63,714 nt of DNA, taken from a virus. Lineage: Duplodnaviria > Caudoviricetes. The stretch is taken from IMG/VR virus record IMGVR_UViG_3300030117_005059, positions 1 through 63,714 of that record. One strand, 5' to 3'. The notes beneath the pieces are model-generated. The model was not told where the DNA came from, ran no database searches, and saw only the letters and a program-made list of their open reading frames with translations. Each line of letters opens with the position of its first letter. Within the stretch, counting starts at the first letter, position 1. Below, piece after piece: positions 26,595-35,610 of the stretch. A program made the position numbers and the translations under genes.

Positions 26595-29500
26595 AAGCAT
26601 ACCCCGATTGACGCTCAATGTCAATAGTCATATCGGCAATATCTTTGAGACTATCCAAGTGAGTAATCAAAAGCACAGTCTTGTAGTAGCCCTTAATCAT
26701 TTCCATCACTCGCATAAAGCCTTCAAGGTTTTCGGCGTCCAACGCTGTGCCTGGCTCATCCATAATCATGATGTCTGATTTTGGTAGGGTTGACACATTG
26801 GTTAGGGCGATACGGATGGCAATTGCTGCTAGCGTTTTCTCTGCTCCAGAAGCCATCTCTAAAGGTCGTGCTTCGTACTTTGGATGCTTGATGAAGATGT
26901 CTAGCTTATTCTTTTCTGCCTCAAAGAAAATATCAAAATCGGTGACGTTGGCAAGCACCGTACTGACCTCTTCATTGATAAGAGGTAGCATCCGCTTCAC
27001 AACATCATAACTGATACCATTAGGATGAGTACACCGCATAAACAAATCATAGGCAGCGTACTCTGTCCGCAGGTCTTCCAATTCTTGCTGCTTCTCTTTG
27101 ATGTTCGCAATTTGAGTTTCAATACCACCGTGTGATTTTACTAGGTCAAGCACCTTGGTTTCACAGATGGCAATATCGCTTTCCATCTTGATGGCTTTTT
27201 CCTTGAGGTCATCCTGTTCTTTGATAAGACCTTCTCGATTCTCAATTGCCTCCTTGTTCGTTTCATACAAATCAATCTTGGTTCTGATGTTTGTCATTTC
27301 GCTGGTGAGAAGATGGATTTTATTTTTTATCTTTGCAAAAGATAGGTCAAGGTTGGTTGCTTCAGTACAAAGATCAGCATGTTCTTTGTCTCTGCTGATG
27401 TACAGTTTCCGCTCTGCTTCCAGAGTTTTTACGTCCATATCTTCCAGCTTAGCTGTCAATTGATTGTGGCGGCGCTTTAAATTAGTAAGCGTCTTCTTTA
27501 CCTCTTGAAGAAGCTCCTTAGCTTCATAAGCATCTTTGATATATTTGCGGAGACCGCAGTCAGGACCGCAAGGTACTTCGTCAAGAGCATCGAGCTTCTT
27601 TTTGTAAACTGCTTGATTATTTTCTTCAAGCTTAATCTGGTTCTCAATGTCTCTAAGGTCTTTTTGTAAAACCTCACATCGATTAATTTGACTTGCAAGT
27701 GTATCAACGTCTGTGGCATCTAAAAGCTTTTTTAGGACTTTGGCTTGCGCCAAAACATCTTTCTTTTGCTTTTTGGCTTGCGTTGATTTGGTATTGAGGT
27801 CTGCTGATTCTTGCTCTGCTGTCGCAAGTCTTGCTGTCTCTTTTCTAATATTAATAAGTTCAACAGGGGCAGATGCGAAAAGTCCATCAATCTCTCTCAC
27901 TCGTTCGGAAATGGTTTCTAACTGTGTAGTTAGTTTAGCACATTTCCTTTCTTGTGTTTCCCTTGCTTTTTCATTATCGGTCAGTTGTCCGAGGAGTTGC
28001 GTAATATCTTCATCAAAATTATTATCTTCCAACTTTTTCAGGAGGGCACGGGTCTCAATACTATCGTTCTTGGATAGTTTGAACTTCTTCTCAAACTGGT
28101 CAAGGTCCAAAAACTTGGCAAGGATTTCCTTGCGCTTGGTTGAGCCCTCGTTGATGAAAGTCATTGCACCCATCTGGCTGGACATGCTGGTCAACAGGAA
28201 GTCGTCAATGCTACCAAAGATTTTACGGATAGCTTTGTCGGTGCCGTTACGGTCCAGCGAGTTGAGGCTGGTTTCCTCATCAGTGGCTGGATCAATCACA
28301 ACAAATTCCACATCAGTCTTAGCTTCCTCTGTTTCCTCCCCATGGAGTTTTCGAGTATATTTCTCTGACTTCCTCTCAATAATATAGTTCTTGCCAGCGA
28401 TGTCAATTTCAACTCGACCATATCCAGACGGTTTGTTCTGATTAATAATATTAAGATTCTTACGACTGTTCTTGCTGATTGAGTTATACACTGTGTAGAG
28501 CATACTGTCAACGACAGAACTCTTACCTGAATAGTTTTTACCGAAGATGCCAACGACGCCATTAAGTTTATCAAAGTTGACAGCATTACCCTCTCCATAG
28601 TTGAAGAGGTTGTCCCATTCCATCTTCTTCAGAGACCATTCTACGTTTCGCAGTCCTGCCTCGTCGCCATTAACATGTGCGTCATAACGTGAGTTAAGCT
28701 GAAATACTTTTTCTAGTGTCTTATCATCGGGTTCGTATTCTTTTAGATACTCTCGAATAAGGCGCTCTTGAACTGCTTGATCCCGCAGGTTCTCTGTGTT
28801 GCCAAGGTCGTCAACGTTTACGCTATCCCGTTTGAGACCAGCCTTGTTGACGAACGATAGGCTCTCGGGCTTGAAGCGGGTTTTGACAATATCCATCACA
28901 CGGCGGATTTTGTCTAGCGAGACTTTGTGGTGTGTCACCACACGCAGTCGGGCACCCTCTGGGATATCCAGCTTGCGTGGGATGTTCCCCTTCGCTGTCA
29001 TCTCAATTGTCATAAAGGGTTTAATATTTTCAACGAGACAATGCTTAACTTCATAGTCAGTCTTGCTCTTGATGTCCCAGATTAAAAAGCCCTTGTCGTT
29101 TGTCTCACCATGGTTTTGCTGGATAGTAGAACCACAATAACGAATGGTGCCACTCTCGTTGAGGACTTGGTTAGTCTTGTGGATATCACCCAACATAGCG
29201 TAGTCAAACTTATCAAACACTGAGATGTCATGATCGCCGTGGTCCATCACCCAACCGAGGTCTGTTTGACTATTATTAATTGCTCCGTGATAAAGAGCGA
29301 TATTGATTGCATTAGGATCAGACGGATCTTCCCAATTAGTCTCATCAAAGATTGACAAAACGTTTAGGGTCAAGTCGTCTTCCAACTGAACCTCACCTGA
29401 GTACTTGTGTAGGATTAGGCTTGGGTGATTGAGTGCTTCCACAATCGGAGTGATAGCATCTTGGCGAGCAGCGTTCCGTAGGTTGCCGTCATGGTTCCCA

Positions 29501-29730
29501 AGAATAATATGGGTCTCGGCGATGTCAGCCAAGTTCTTTAGGAAGTCTGTAGCTAACTCAAAGTACTCTGGCGAGAGTTGTGTTTTTGTGTGAGCCAAGT
29601 CGCCAGTATGGACGATGTAGTCTACATTTTCTTTTCTCAGGGTTTCATATATATGCTCAAATGCCTTACGGTACTCGTAATGGTATTTCAGATTTTTGAT
29701 ATGGGTGTCCCCAAAGTGTGCTATTCTCAT
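26581..29730 (-). CDS. Fused Mre11/SbcD nuclease-Rad50/SbcC ATPase (gp47+gp46-like)
   Basis: N-terminal GDTH, HTGD, GNHD, GDIH phosphoesterase motifs; GKNYSGKSS Walker A, long coiled coil, ASGAE signature, IMIMDE Walker B, ITH. Confidence 0.93.
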   Translation of the reverse strand: MRIAHFGDTHIKNLKYHYEYRKAFEHIYETLRKENVDYIVHTGDLAHTKTQLSPEYFELATDFLKNLADIAETHIILGNHDGNLRNAARQDAITPIVEALNHPSLILHKYSGEVQLEDDLTLNVLSIFDETNWEDPSDPNAINIALYHGAINNSQTDLGWVMDHGDHDISVFDKFDYAMLGDIHKTNQVLNESGTIRYCGSTIQQNHGETNDKGFLIWDIKSKTDYEVKHCLVENIKPFMTIEMTAKGNIPRKLDIPEGARLRVVTHHKVSLDKIRRVMDIVKTRFKPESLSFVNKAGLKRDSVNVDDLGNTENLRDQAVQERLIREYLKEYEPDDKTLEKVFQLNSRYDAHVNGDEAGLRNVEWSLKKMEWDNLFNYGEGNAVNFDKLNGVVGIFGKNYSGKSSVVDSMLYTVYNSISKNSRKNLNIINQNKPSGYGRVEIDIAGKNYIIERKSEKYTRKLHGEETEEAKTDVEFVVIDPATDEETSLNSLDRNGTDKAIRKIFGSIDDFLLTSMSSQMGAMTFINEGSTKRKEILAKFLDLDQFEKKFKLSKNDSIETRALLKKLEDNNFDEDITQLLGQLTDNEKARETQERKCAKLTTQLETISERVREIDGLFASAPVELINIRKETARLATAEQESADLNTKSTQAKKQKKDVLAQAKVLKKLLDATDVDTLASQINRCEVLQKDLRDIENQIKLEENNQAVYKKKLDALDEVPCGPDCGLRKYIKDAYEAKELLQEVKKTLTNLKRRHNQLTAKLEDMDVKTLEAERKLYISRDKEHADLCTEATNLDLSFAKIKNKIHLLTSEMTNIRTKIDLYETNKEAIENREGLIKEQDDLKEKAIKMESDIAICETKVLDLVKSHGGIETQIANIKEKQQELEDLRTEYAAYDLFMRCTHPNGISYDVVKRMLPLINEEVSTVLANVTDFDIFFEAEKNKLDIFIKHPKYEARPLEMASGAEKTLAAIAIRIALTNVSTLPKSDIMIMDEPGTALDAENLEGFMRVMEMIKGYYKTVLLITHLDSLKDIADMTIDIERQSGYAYVNQ

Positions 29731-29743
29731 AGTGTCCTCTTGT

Positions 29744-30676
29744 TTAAATTGCTAAAGCGGCACGCAATAGAAATGTATCAGAATCAAACGGCTCCGCTGC
29801 CTTTTTTCTGGCTTGGTATTCTTGCTTTGTCATTTCACCTACATCATTATACGGAGCGATAGGTACTTTATATACCTCTAAGTCATATTGTAACAAAGCT
29901 TTGATCAATCGTAAAGCCTTCTTTTCAGCATCAGGATCAAGTGCAACATAAACTGGTGTGTCATTATAAGCTAGCTTTTGAAACAATTTACTTTCTTCCC
30001 TGAGTGTAGATCCAAGCAATGGAATAGAATTTGGTCCTGCCACGATCGCATCAAATACACCCTCAACTAGTGACACATCTGTAGTCCAATCGACATACAG
30101 ATCATTAAATATGATATCTTTATTGCCGGGTCCATTAAGGTAGGGTGGCCAGTTGTCCTTAGTCCATGACCTAGCCGTGAAGAAATTGCAATAACCCTCT
30201 ACACCAAAGCTAGGAATAATGATCCTGTTTTCATACTGACCGACCGCACAGTAACCAATCTTCCATCTGAGAATATCCTCTTTGGTAATTCTTCTTGATC
30301 TCAAATAGGACAGAGCCCTATTGTCAAGAACACTTGGGACACCTGTAAGTGTCTTAAACTCTGCGGGCAAATCAATTCTTTGCTCTTGTTCTGTCGCTAT
30401 CTCAAACAAGTTGTCAAGATCGCCTGTGTGTGCATCACCCTCTAGATCTCTCCAGGCGTCAAGGTGTTTTCGAGTACCCCATCGCCTTACAACCCTTTTA
30501 ATATTTTTGGTGCGCCAATCACACACCCAACACTTAGCTACGTTTTTCTCAAAGTTGATCGATAGCTTTTTCTTGTGGTGCCCGCAGCAAACCGAAGGAT
30601 ATAGATATTCTTGGTTTTGACGACTTGGGGTCCCAAGAATATCTGTCACGATTCTTTGTTTTTTAATTGTAATCAT
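29744..30676 (-). CDS. DNA primase (Zn finger + Toprim)
   Basis: CCGHH...CWVC, YL.SR.IT, RIIIP, LVEGVFDA, ALDPDA; start likely the ATG at 30676. Confidence 0.9.
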   Translation of the reverse strand: MITIKKQRIVTDILGTPSRQNQEYLYPSVCCGHHKKKLSINFEKNVAKCWVCDWRTKNIKRVVRRWGTRKHLDAWRDLEGDAHTGDLDNLFEIATEQEQRIDLPAEFKTLTGVPSVLDNRALSYLRSRRITKEDILRWKIGYCAVGQYENRIIIPSFGVEGYCNFFTARSWTKDNWPPYLNGPGNKDIIFNDLYVDWTTDVSLVEGVFDAIVAGPNSIPLLGSTLREESKLFQKLAYNDTPVYVALDPDAEKKALRLIKALLQYDLEVYKVPIAPYNDVGEMTKQEYQARKKAAEPFDSDTFLLRAALAI

Positions 30677-30681
30677 ACCCA

Positions 30682-30710
30682 ATGATATATGAGCACAGCT
30701 TTTATGTCAA
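30682..30710 (-). promoter_or_regulatory. Sigma70-type promoter TTGACA-17-TATCAT for the replication module
   Basis: Perfect -35, 5/6 -10, 17-nt spacer, AT-rich upstream element; ATG 5 nt after the -10. Confidence 0.8.
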
Positions 30711-30723
30711 ATTTTATTTTGTC

Positions 30724-31284
30724 TTAACTGGCAGGGGCTACTGCGTCAAGTGCCCTTTTACTAGCATCTGAGAATTTATCAAGCATTGATTGTCCTTTTT
30801 CCTCTGGTGCTTCACCAGCCGCAGGCTGATCCGTTGATAACGCCCTAAGATCTGTAAACAACTTATCCATAGTCTGTTCGTTTCTCGCCTCTTCGGGGAT
30901 AGTTTGATAAATTTGTTGCGCCAGTTGTTTAGTATCAACGCTAACAGTGACAGCGCCTCCAGCAGTTTCCATCTCATCTTGCTCCTGCAATGACTCGTAG
31001 TGCATTCCATGTTCAGCTTTGTACTCAAGATAATGTTTGACTGATCCAACGTAGTCTGCAATTTTTGTTAATTTACTTTGCACCCAAGCTGGCAACTCAG
31101 CATCGTCTGGGACATTATCGTAAATTTCCTGTGCATACTGCATAGTCTTATACATCTGTTGTCTAGCCATAGAACCCTCGTGATCGCCATGATCACGCTT
31201 CATCATAGAAGGTCCAACTCCACACATCTCATCGATCTGCTCTTTAATCATTTTGACTAAAACGTCTTTATTTAATTCTTTCAT
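30724..31284 (-). CDS. Hypothetical (putative internal head) protein
   Basis: KDVLVKMIKEQI leader; EGSMA...LPAWVQSKLTKIADYV helical domain. Confidence 0.7.
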   Translation of the reverse strand: MKELNKDVLVKMIKEQIDEMCGVGPSMMKRDHGDHEGSMARQQMYKTMQYAQEIYDNVPDDAELPAWVQSKLTKIADYVGSVKHYLEYKAEHGMHYESLQEQDEMETAGGAVTVSVDTKQLAQQIYQTIPEEARNEQTMDKLFTDLRALSTDQPAAGEAPEEKGQSMLDKFSDASKRALDAVAPAS

Positions 31285-32045
31285 TTCTTTCTCCTGTTCT
31301 TAGGAGCCTCTTTCTTTTCTTCAGGCTTCTTTTCCTCTGGCTTTGTGTCGGCTGGTTTTTCTTCTGGTTTCTCTTCCGGTTTTTCTTCGGGCTTCTTTTC
31401 TTCTGGTTTTGCTGCTGGTTTCTTTTTTGGCTTATCTTCTCTGTCAAGAAAACCTGTGGTGCCCTTAATCTCGGGTCCCTTATCTACCTTAGCCTTAACC
31501 CTGGTGCCTTTCATTTTCATTATGGCATCTGCTTCTTCTTTGCCTTTTTTCCTTGCTTTGCCCATCTCATCAGTAAAAGCTTTTGTACTGGCACCAGCGC
31601 CAGCTAAGGCTCCAAGCGCCTGAGCCGCAACACCAGCACCAGCAGCGCCAACGTCCCCTGCTGCGCCTGCCACATCTTTACCAACCTCACCTGCTAAAGC
31701 TCCGGGTGCGGAATATTTGATCGCTCTCTTAGCACCTTGAGCTTTTCCAACCCCTCTGCGTATTGCACCTTTGGCAGCCGTTGCTCCTCGCTTAACCGCC
31801 TTAATACCTTTAGCTGCTGCCTTCACACCTGTCTGCACGGCTTTCTTTTTTGCTGCCTGATATTTTTTTCTGGCTTTGCCTGCTGCCTTAGCGGCTTTGA
31901 CTGCCTTGCCCACCATGCCTTGCTCGATTAGCACATAGGCTGTCTCTTCAGCAACAATAGCAAAGAGGTCTGACTCAGAAAGAATCTTTTCTCTCTCCTC
32001 ACGAATAACTTTCCTAACTTGACCTTCCGTCATTAGTTTTGTCAT
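31281..32045 (-). CDS. Lys/Ala-rich low-complexity protein
   Basis: QVRKVIREE leader, basic AK-rich core, KPEE repeats. Confidence 0.7.
   Translation of the reverse strand: MTKLMTEGQVRKVIREEREKILSESDLFAIVAEETAYVLIEQGMVGKAVKAAKAAGKARKKYQAAKKKAVQTGVKAAAKGIKAVKRGATAAKGAIRRGVGKAQGAKRAIKYSAPGALAGEVGKDVAGAAGDVGAAGAGVAAQALGALAGAGASTKAFTDEMGKARKKGKEEADAIMKMKGTRVKAKVDKGPEIKGTTGFLDREDKPKKKPAAKPEEKKPEEKPEEKPEEKPADTKPEEKKPEEKKEAPKNRRKK
31310..31430 (-). repeat. Coding tandem repeat (KPEE)n
   Basis: KPEEKKPEEKPEEKPEEKPADTKPEEKKPEEKK. Confidence 0.8.
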
Positions 32046-33838
32046 TTTTTAGGTTCCTCTTTTGCTTCGGGCTTTTCTGCTGGTTTGGCAGCAGGGGCGG
32101 CTTTGGCTTGTCCTAAATCTTTGTATTTTGATGGATCAAAACCCTTCGGCAAGGAATACCATGATGGAACATCCCCGGCTGCAACTTGTGCGGCTAAAGG
32201 TGTTAGTTCCCCAGTCTTAGGATCGTACAAGCTTGCAAAATCTGTTTGATTACCGACTGTTCCTTGTGCTTTTTTCTCAGCAGCCATTTGTAGTTTAGAT
32301 TGTTCTTCCCAAGCTGACTGCATTTTGGGGGATTTAATCCAAGTTTCAAAGTTCTTATCGTCTATGTTCGCTATCTTATTAGCAAAGACACCTAGCTCTT
32401 TCTTTTCTTCTGGGTTTAACATCTCTCTACCATTGATCACCCCAGGTGCAATTAATCTTTCGGGACTTCTAGTATACATTGTATCTGCTACTTCTTTTCT
32501 AACTCTAACATTGCTATTTGCTTTCTTTAGTTTGAATGAAAGTAGCCTGTCTAGGTGAGGACCATACTTCTTCCAATAATACTCGTCAGGTGCGTCAAGT
32601 TTAGCTGTTGCTGTTTTGCCAAATGCTGATTTATCCCTTTGCATTAAAGCGTTGGCAACTCCATTAAGTTTATTTACTTGTCCTCTTGCCTTCAACACTT
32701 GCGACAAAGCCCTCTTCTTTGCGGGATCTTTTTCTTTTTGCAACGCCTTCTTAAGTTGAGCCTCTTTTTCTGGAGTCATTTGCATTGCCTCTTTTTCTGC
32801 TGGGCTGCCGCCGGTTGGTGCGGCAGCACCCCCACCAACGGTTCGTTGTGTTGCTTGGATTGCACCCTGTCTCTTCTCTTCATAAGCCTTAATTTCTTCT
32901 GGGCTCATGTCAGCTTTCTGTTCGTCTGTTAGTTCTGGCGGAACATCTGCGGCTGCGGCTGCACCACCAGTCGGCTGTTCTCCGCCCTCTTTAGCTTTCT
33001 TCTCACTAGCCTTCATAAGAAAGCCTAACTTTTCGTCAAACATCTTGTTAAGACCTTTTAACTCAGCGCCCACCTTCTTAAGATCAGCAGCATCAGAATC
33101 GAGCAAGAATTTAGATAGAGTTGACAACTGCGGGATAATCGTACCTGCTAAAGTTTCGGCGTTCTTTGTGACATCGGCAAAGTTGTTAAGTGCCATACCT
33201 GCTGCGCCACCAAGTAATTGTGCTGCCTCTACGCCATAACCGCCTGCTAGTGCTGCGCCTGCGGCAGCCCCAACACCTTCAAGTCCCTCTACATCTCCTG
33301 ATGCAATTTTTTCACCTGCATCAATAAGTGCATCCTGACCGGGTAATCCGCCTAGCAAATCTTCTACCTTGGCGTTCTGTCCAGCCTCCATCGCAGCGGT
33401 TAACTCTTTTGCTACTTCTGGGTTATCTTTAAGATATTGTTTTGTATCTTTGCCCAATTGGTTCATGGCTTTCTTTGGGTCTTTCATCATACCCGCCGCA
33501 AAGGCTTTTAGACCGCCGACGGAGGGTCCGCCAGCTTTCGGCTTTTCGCCCTCTGGTGCGGGAGCATCCCCGGCAGGAGCATCCCCTGCGGGAGCATCGG
33601 CTGCTGGTGCTTCTTCTCCCTGTGCTTGTTCGGCTTTAGCGGCTTTTGCTTTTTCTTTTTTAGCTTGGGCTCTTGCTTTCTTTCTCTGCGCTCTACCCCT
33701 TTTACTTTTCTCGTCAAGAATCTCTTGATCTGGGTTCGCAAGAATTTCTTCGATCGCAGCTTGAATCTGCCTCTTGCGCTTTGTCGCTTTGATATTTTCT
33801 AAAACTCTTTGTTTGAGCTTGTCTTTAGACATTTTCAT
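32042..33838 (-). CDS. Ala/Lys-rich hypothetical protein (putative internal/ejection protein)
   Basis: 598 aa, KDKLKQRVLE leader, DAPAG repeats, Gly/Ala hydrophobic segment. Confidence 0.7.
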   Translation of the reverse strand: MKMSKDKLKQRVLENIKATKRKRQIQAAIEEILANPDQEILDEKSKRGRAQRKKARAQAKKEKAKAAKAEQAQGEEAPAADAPAGDAPAGDAPAPEGEKPKAGGPSVGGLKAFAAGMMKDPKKAMNQLGKDTKQYLKDNPEVAKELTAAMEAGQNAKVEDLLGGLPGQDALIDAGEKIASGDVEGLEGVGAAAGAALAGGYGVEAAQLLGGAAGMALNNFADVTKNAETLAGTIIPQLSTLSKFLLDSDAADLKKVGAELKGLNKMFDEKLGFLMKASEKKAKEGGEQPTGGAAAAADVPPELTDEQKADMSPEEIKAYEEKRQGAIQATQRTVGGGAAAPTGGSPAEKEAMQMTPEKEAQLKKALQKEKDPAKKRALSQVLKARGQVNKLNGVANALMQRDKSAFGKTATAKLDAPDEYYWKKYGPHLDRLLSFKLKKANSNVRVRKEVADTMYTRSPERLIAPGVINGREMLNPEEKKELGVFANKIANIDDKNFETWIKSPKMQSAWEEQSKLQMAAEKKAQGTVGNQTDFASLYDPKTGELTPLAAQVAAGDVPSWYSLPKGFDPSKYKDLGQAKAAPAAKPAEKPEAKEEPKK

Positions 33839-33858
33839 AAATTATGAGCCTCGCAAAA

Positions 33859-33867
33859 TAAATAGTT
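33859..33867 (-). promoter_or_regulatory. Putative late promoter motif AACTATTTA
   Basis: Exact motif in the 31-nt gap upstream of 33838. Confidence 0.65.
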
Positions 33868-33869
33868 AC

Positions 33870-34448
33870 TTAATCAACTAAAACTATCTTCTCGGACAGA
33901 AATCCTTCATTGTCTTTATTCCGTAGAAGAAACTCACCCGCCCTTGCGATAACAATAGCATCGGCTCTATCGTCAGTACCCTTTTTATAGTTCTTGCCAC
34001 CACGAGCCATTTCGTACTTAAACGCTGTCTTTTCTTTTTCGATTACAGCTTCAACAACCATCTTCTTTCTTTTTGGTCCCTTGGTGCCTCGTGGAAATGA
34101 TAAGCCATACAAAGACCTAGCTGTATTAACATTCAAGTAGGTGGGTTGCAAACCAAACGTGTCATAACACATCCACGATACGATACCATTAAACTTTGCT
34201 AGCTTAACAATTGTATCGGCACGAGATCTTCCTGGGATAAACCTCATCAAAGCTGTTTCGACAAACAAGTTTTTAATATCATGGTTGTTTCCGATTTGCC
34301 ACAACTCTGAGCCTACAAGTTCCGCTTTTGAAAAAACACTGTCAATTTTTGTCAGGTCAATATGTTCGCTAACAATTAGATCTTTTGTCTCAGGATCTAC
34401 GATCGCTACACCAACCACGCTAGTGGATATATCTAAACCAAGTATCAT
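33870..34448 (-). CDS. RuvC-like Holliday junction resolvase
   Basis: MILGLDISTSVVGVA, FVE, DDRADAIVIA RNase H-fold acidic residues. Confidence 0.8.
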   Translation of the reverse strand: MILGLDISTSVVGVAIVDPETKDLIVSEHIDLTKIDSVFSKAELVGSELWQIGNNHDIKNLFVETALMRFIPGRSRADTIVKLAKFNGIVSWMCYDTFGLQPTYLNVNTARSLYGLSFPRGTKGPKRKKMVVEAVIEKEKTAFKYEMARGGKNYKKGTDDRADAIVIARAGEFLLRNKDNEGFLSEKIVLVD

Positions 34449-34461
34449 AGTTTATATTCTA

Positions 34462-35598
34462 TTACAAGTCAAGCTTAAGTTTAAATGTATAAGAGTCTTC
34501 TTCTCTTTTTCTTATCGGCTGCGCTAACTTTGCAATAGCAATTAAGTTTCTATTTTCGTCATAGATGCCAACCTTAGAAATAAATGTCTGCTTCTCAAAA
34601 CTAGCAGTTGTATTAGTAAAAGGACTTTTGGCAGTGTTTTTGATTGGTATCTCGTCGTCCTCAACAAAACTGGCTGAGTTGTTACTGGTTAATCTAACAG
34701 ACCCACTTACGCTACTAGAGATAAAAGTTGGGTTTAAAGAATTGTTTAGTTCGCCCCGGCTAGCATGAGCCATCATCGTCACAACCGGCACCGTGTGTGT
34801 CCCTTTAAACTCTAGGGAAAAAACAGTTTCTCTAGGTTTATTTGTTCCTTGGTGGTGTGATCCAAAATAAATCCAACTGGCAGTTACACGAGCAGCAGTA
34901 CCCGTGTAAGTGTCATTGACTGCCGCTACCGTATCGCTTGAAGTTAAAGCCAGGAACCCCTCACCATACAGAGCTACACCAACAACTGAACCTGAGTTAC
35001 TGCCCGTGATACAGATCAGTTCTCCATTTCTTCTGATGTCTTTAGCTCTACCAACAAGAGTTCCACTGTGGAAAATCTTTAGATCAAGACTGCCAGGTTT
35101 AATCCTAGAACCAAACATAATACTAGGAATAGAAATCAGGTTTACGTCGCTACCTGAATAATATGTTTCGTAGTCATAGACCGGGGAGAGATATTTGTAA
35201 TAATCAAAGGTTGTTCTCATAGCGTGCAACCTTAATCTTTCGCTTGCACCTAATCCATCCGACGCATTAAAAAGCTGTCGTGCTATTGAACTGGTAAGCG
35301 GATACTCACCCTGAATTGTTGAACCGTATGTTGACCCCGAAAAAGAGGAGACCGGGGTTGAGTTCAATCTGATTAAACTGCCCGCCTTTTCAATGAAGGG
35401 AAAAATCCTGGCTTCGCCTGCCGCTCTGTTTACATTATACTCATACAGATTGACGGTACCCGTTTTAATATCGATACCCTCATGTTTTCTGTTGTTTAAG
35501 TATTCCGTACCGTTCCACATCACAAATTCATATTGTGGATGTGTTCGCAGTTCGTTTACATATATGTCGTTTGGACCAAATTTACGAAGGTACGACAT
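34462..35598 (-). CDS. Baseplate/tail structural protein
   Basis: IKPGS motif; C-terminal ISKVGIYDENRNLIAIAKLAQPIRK, paralogous to 35611..36786. Confidence 0.7.
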   Translation of the reverse strand: MSYLRKFGPNDIYVNELRTHPQYEFVMWNGTEYLNNRKHEGIDIKTGTVNLYEYNVNRAAGEARIFPFIEKAGSLIRLNSTPVSSFSGSTYGSTIQGEYPLTSSIARQLFNASDGLGASERLRLHAMRTTFDYYKYLSPVYDYETYYSGSDVNLISIPSIMFGSRIKPGSLDLKIFHSGTLVGRAKDIRRNGELICITGSNSGSVVGVALYGEGFLALTSSDTVAAVNDTYTGTAARVTASWIYFGSHHQGTNKPRETVFSLEFKGTHTVPVVTMMAHASRGELNNSLNPTFISSSVSGSVRLTSNNSASFVEDDEIPIKNTAKSPFTNTTASFEKQTFISKVGIYDENRNLIAIAKLAQPIRKREEDSYTFKLKLDL

Positions 35599-35610
35599 TC
35601 TGCACCTCCG

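Noticed and set aside
31310-31430. Short tandem DNA repeats as a possible CRISPR array or tubC/parS centromere
   Set aside because: They are in-frame, codon-degenerate peptide repeats without unique spacers; I saw no non-coding iteron array near the tubulin or ParB genes
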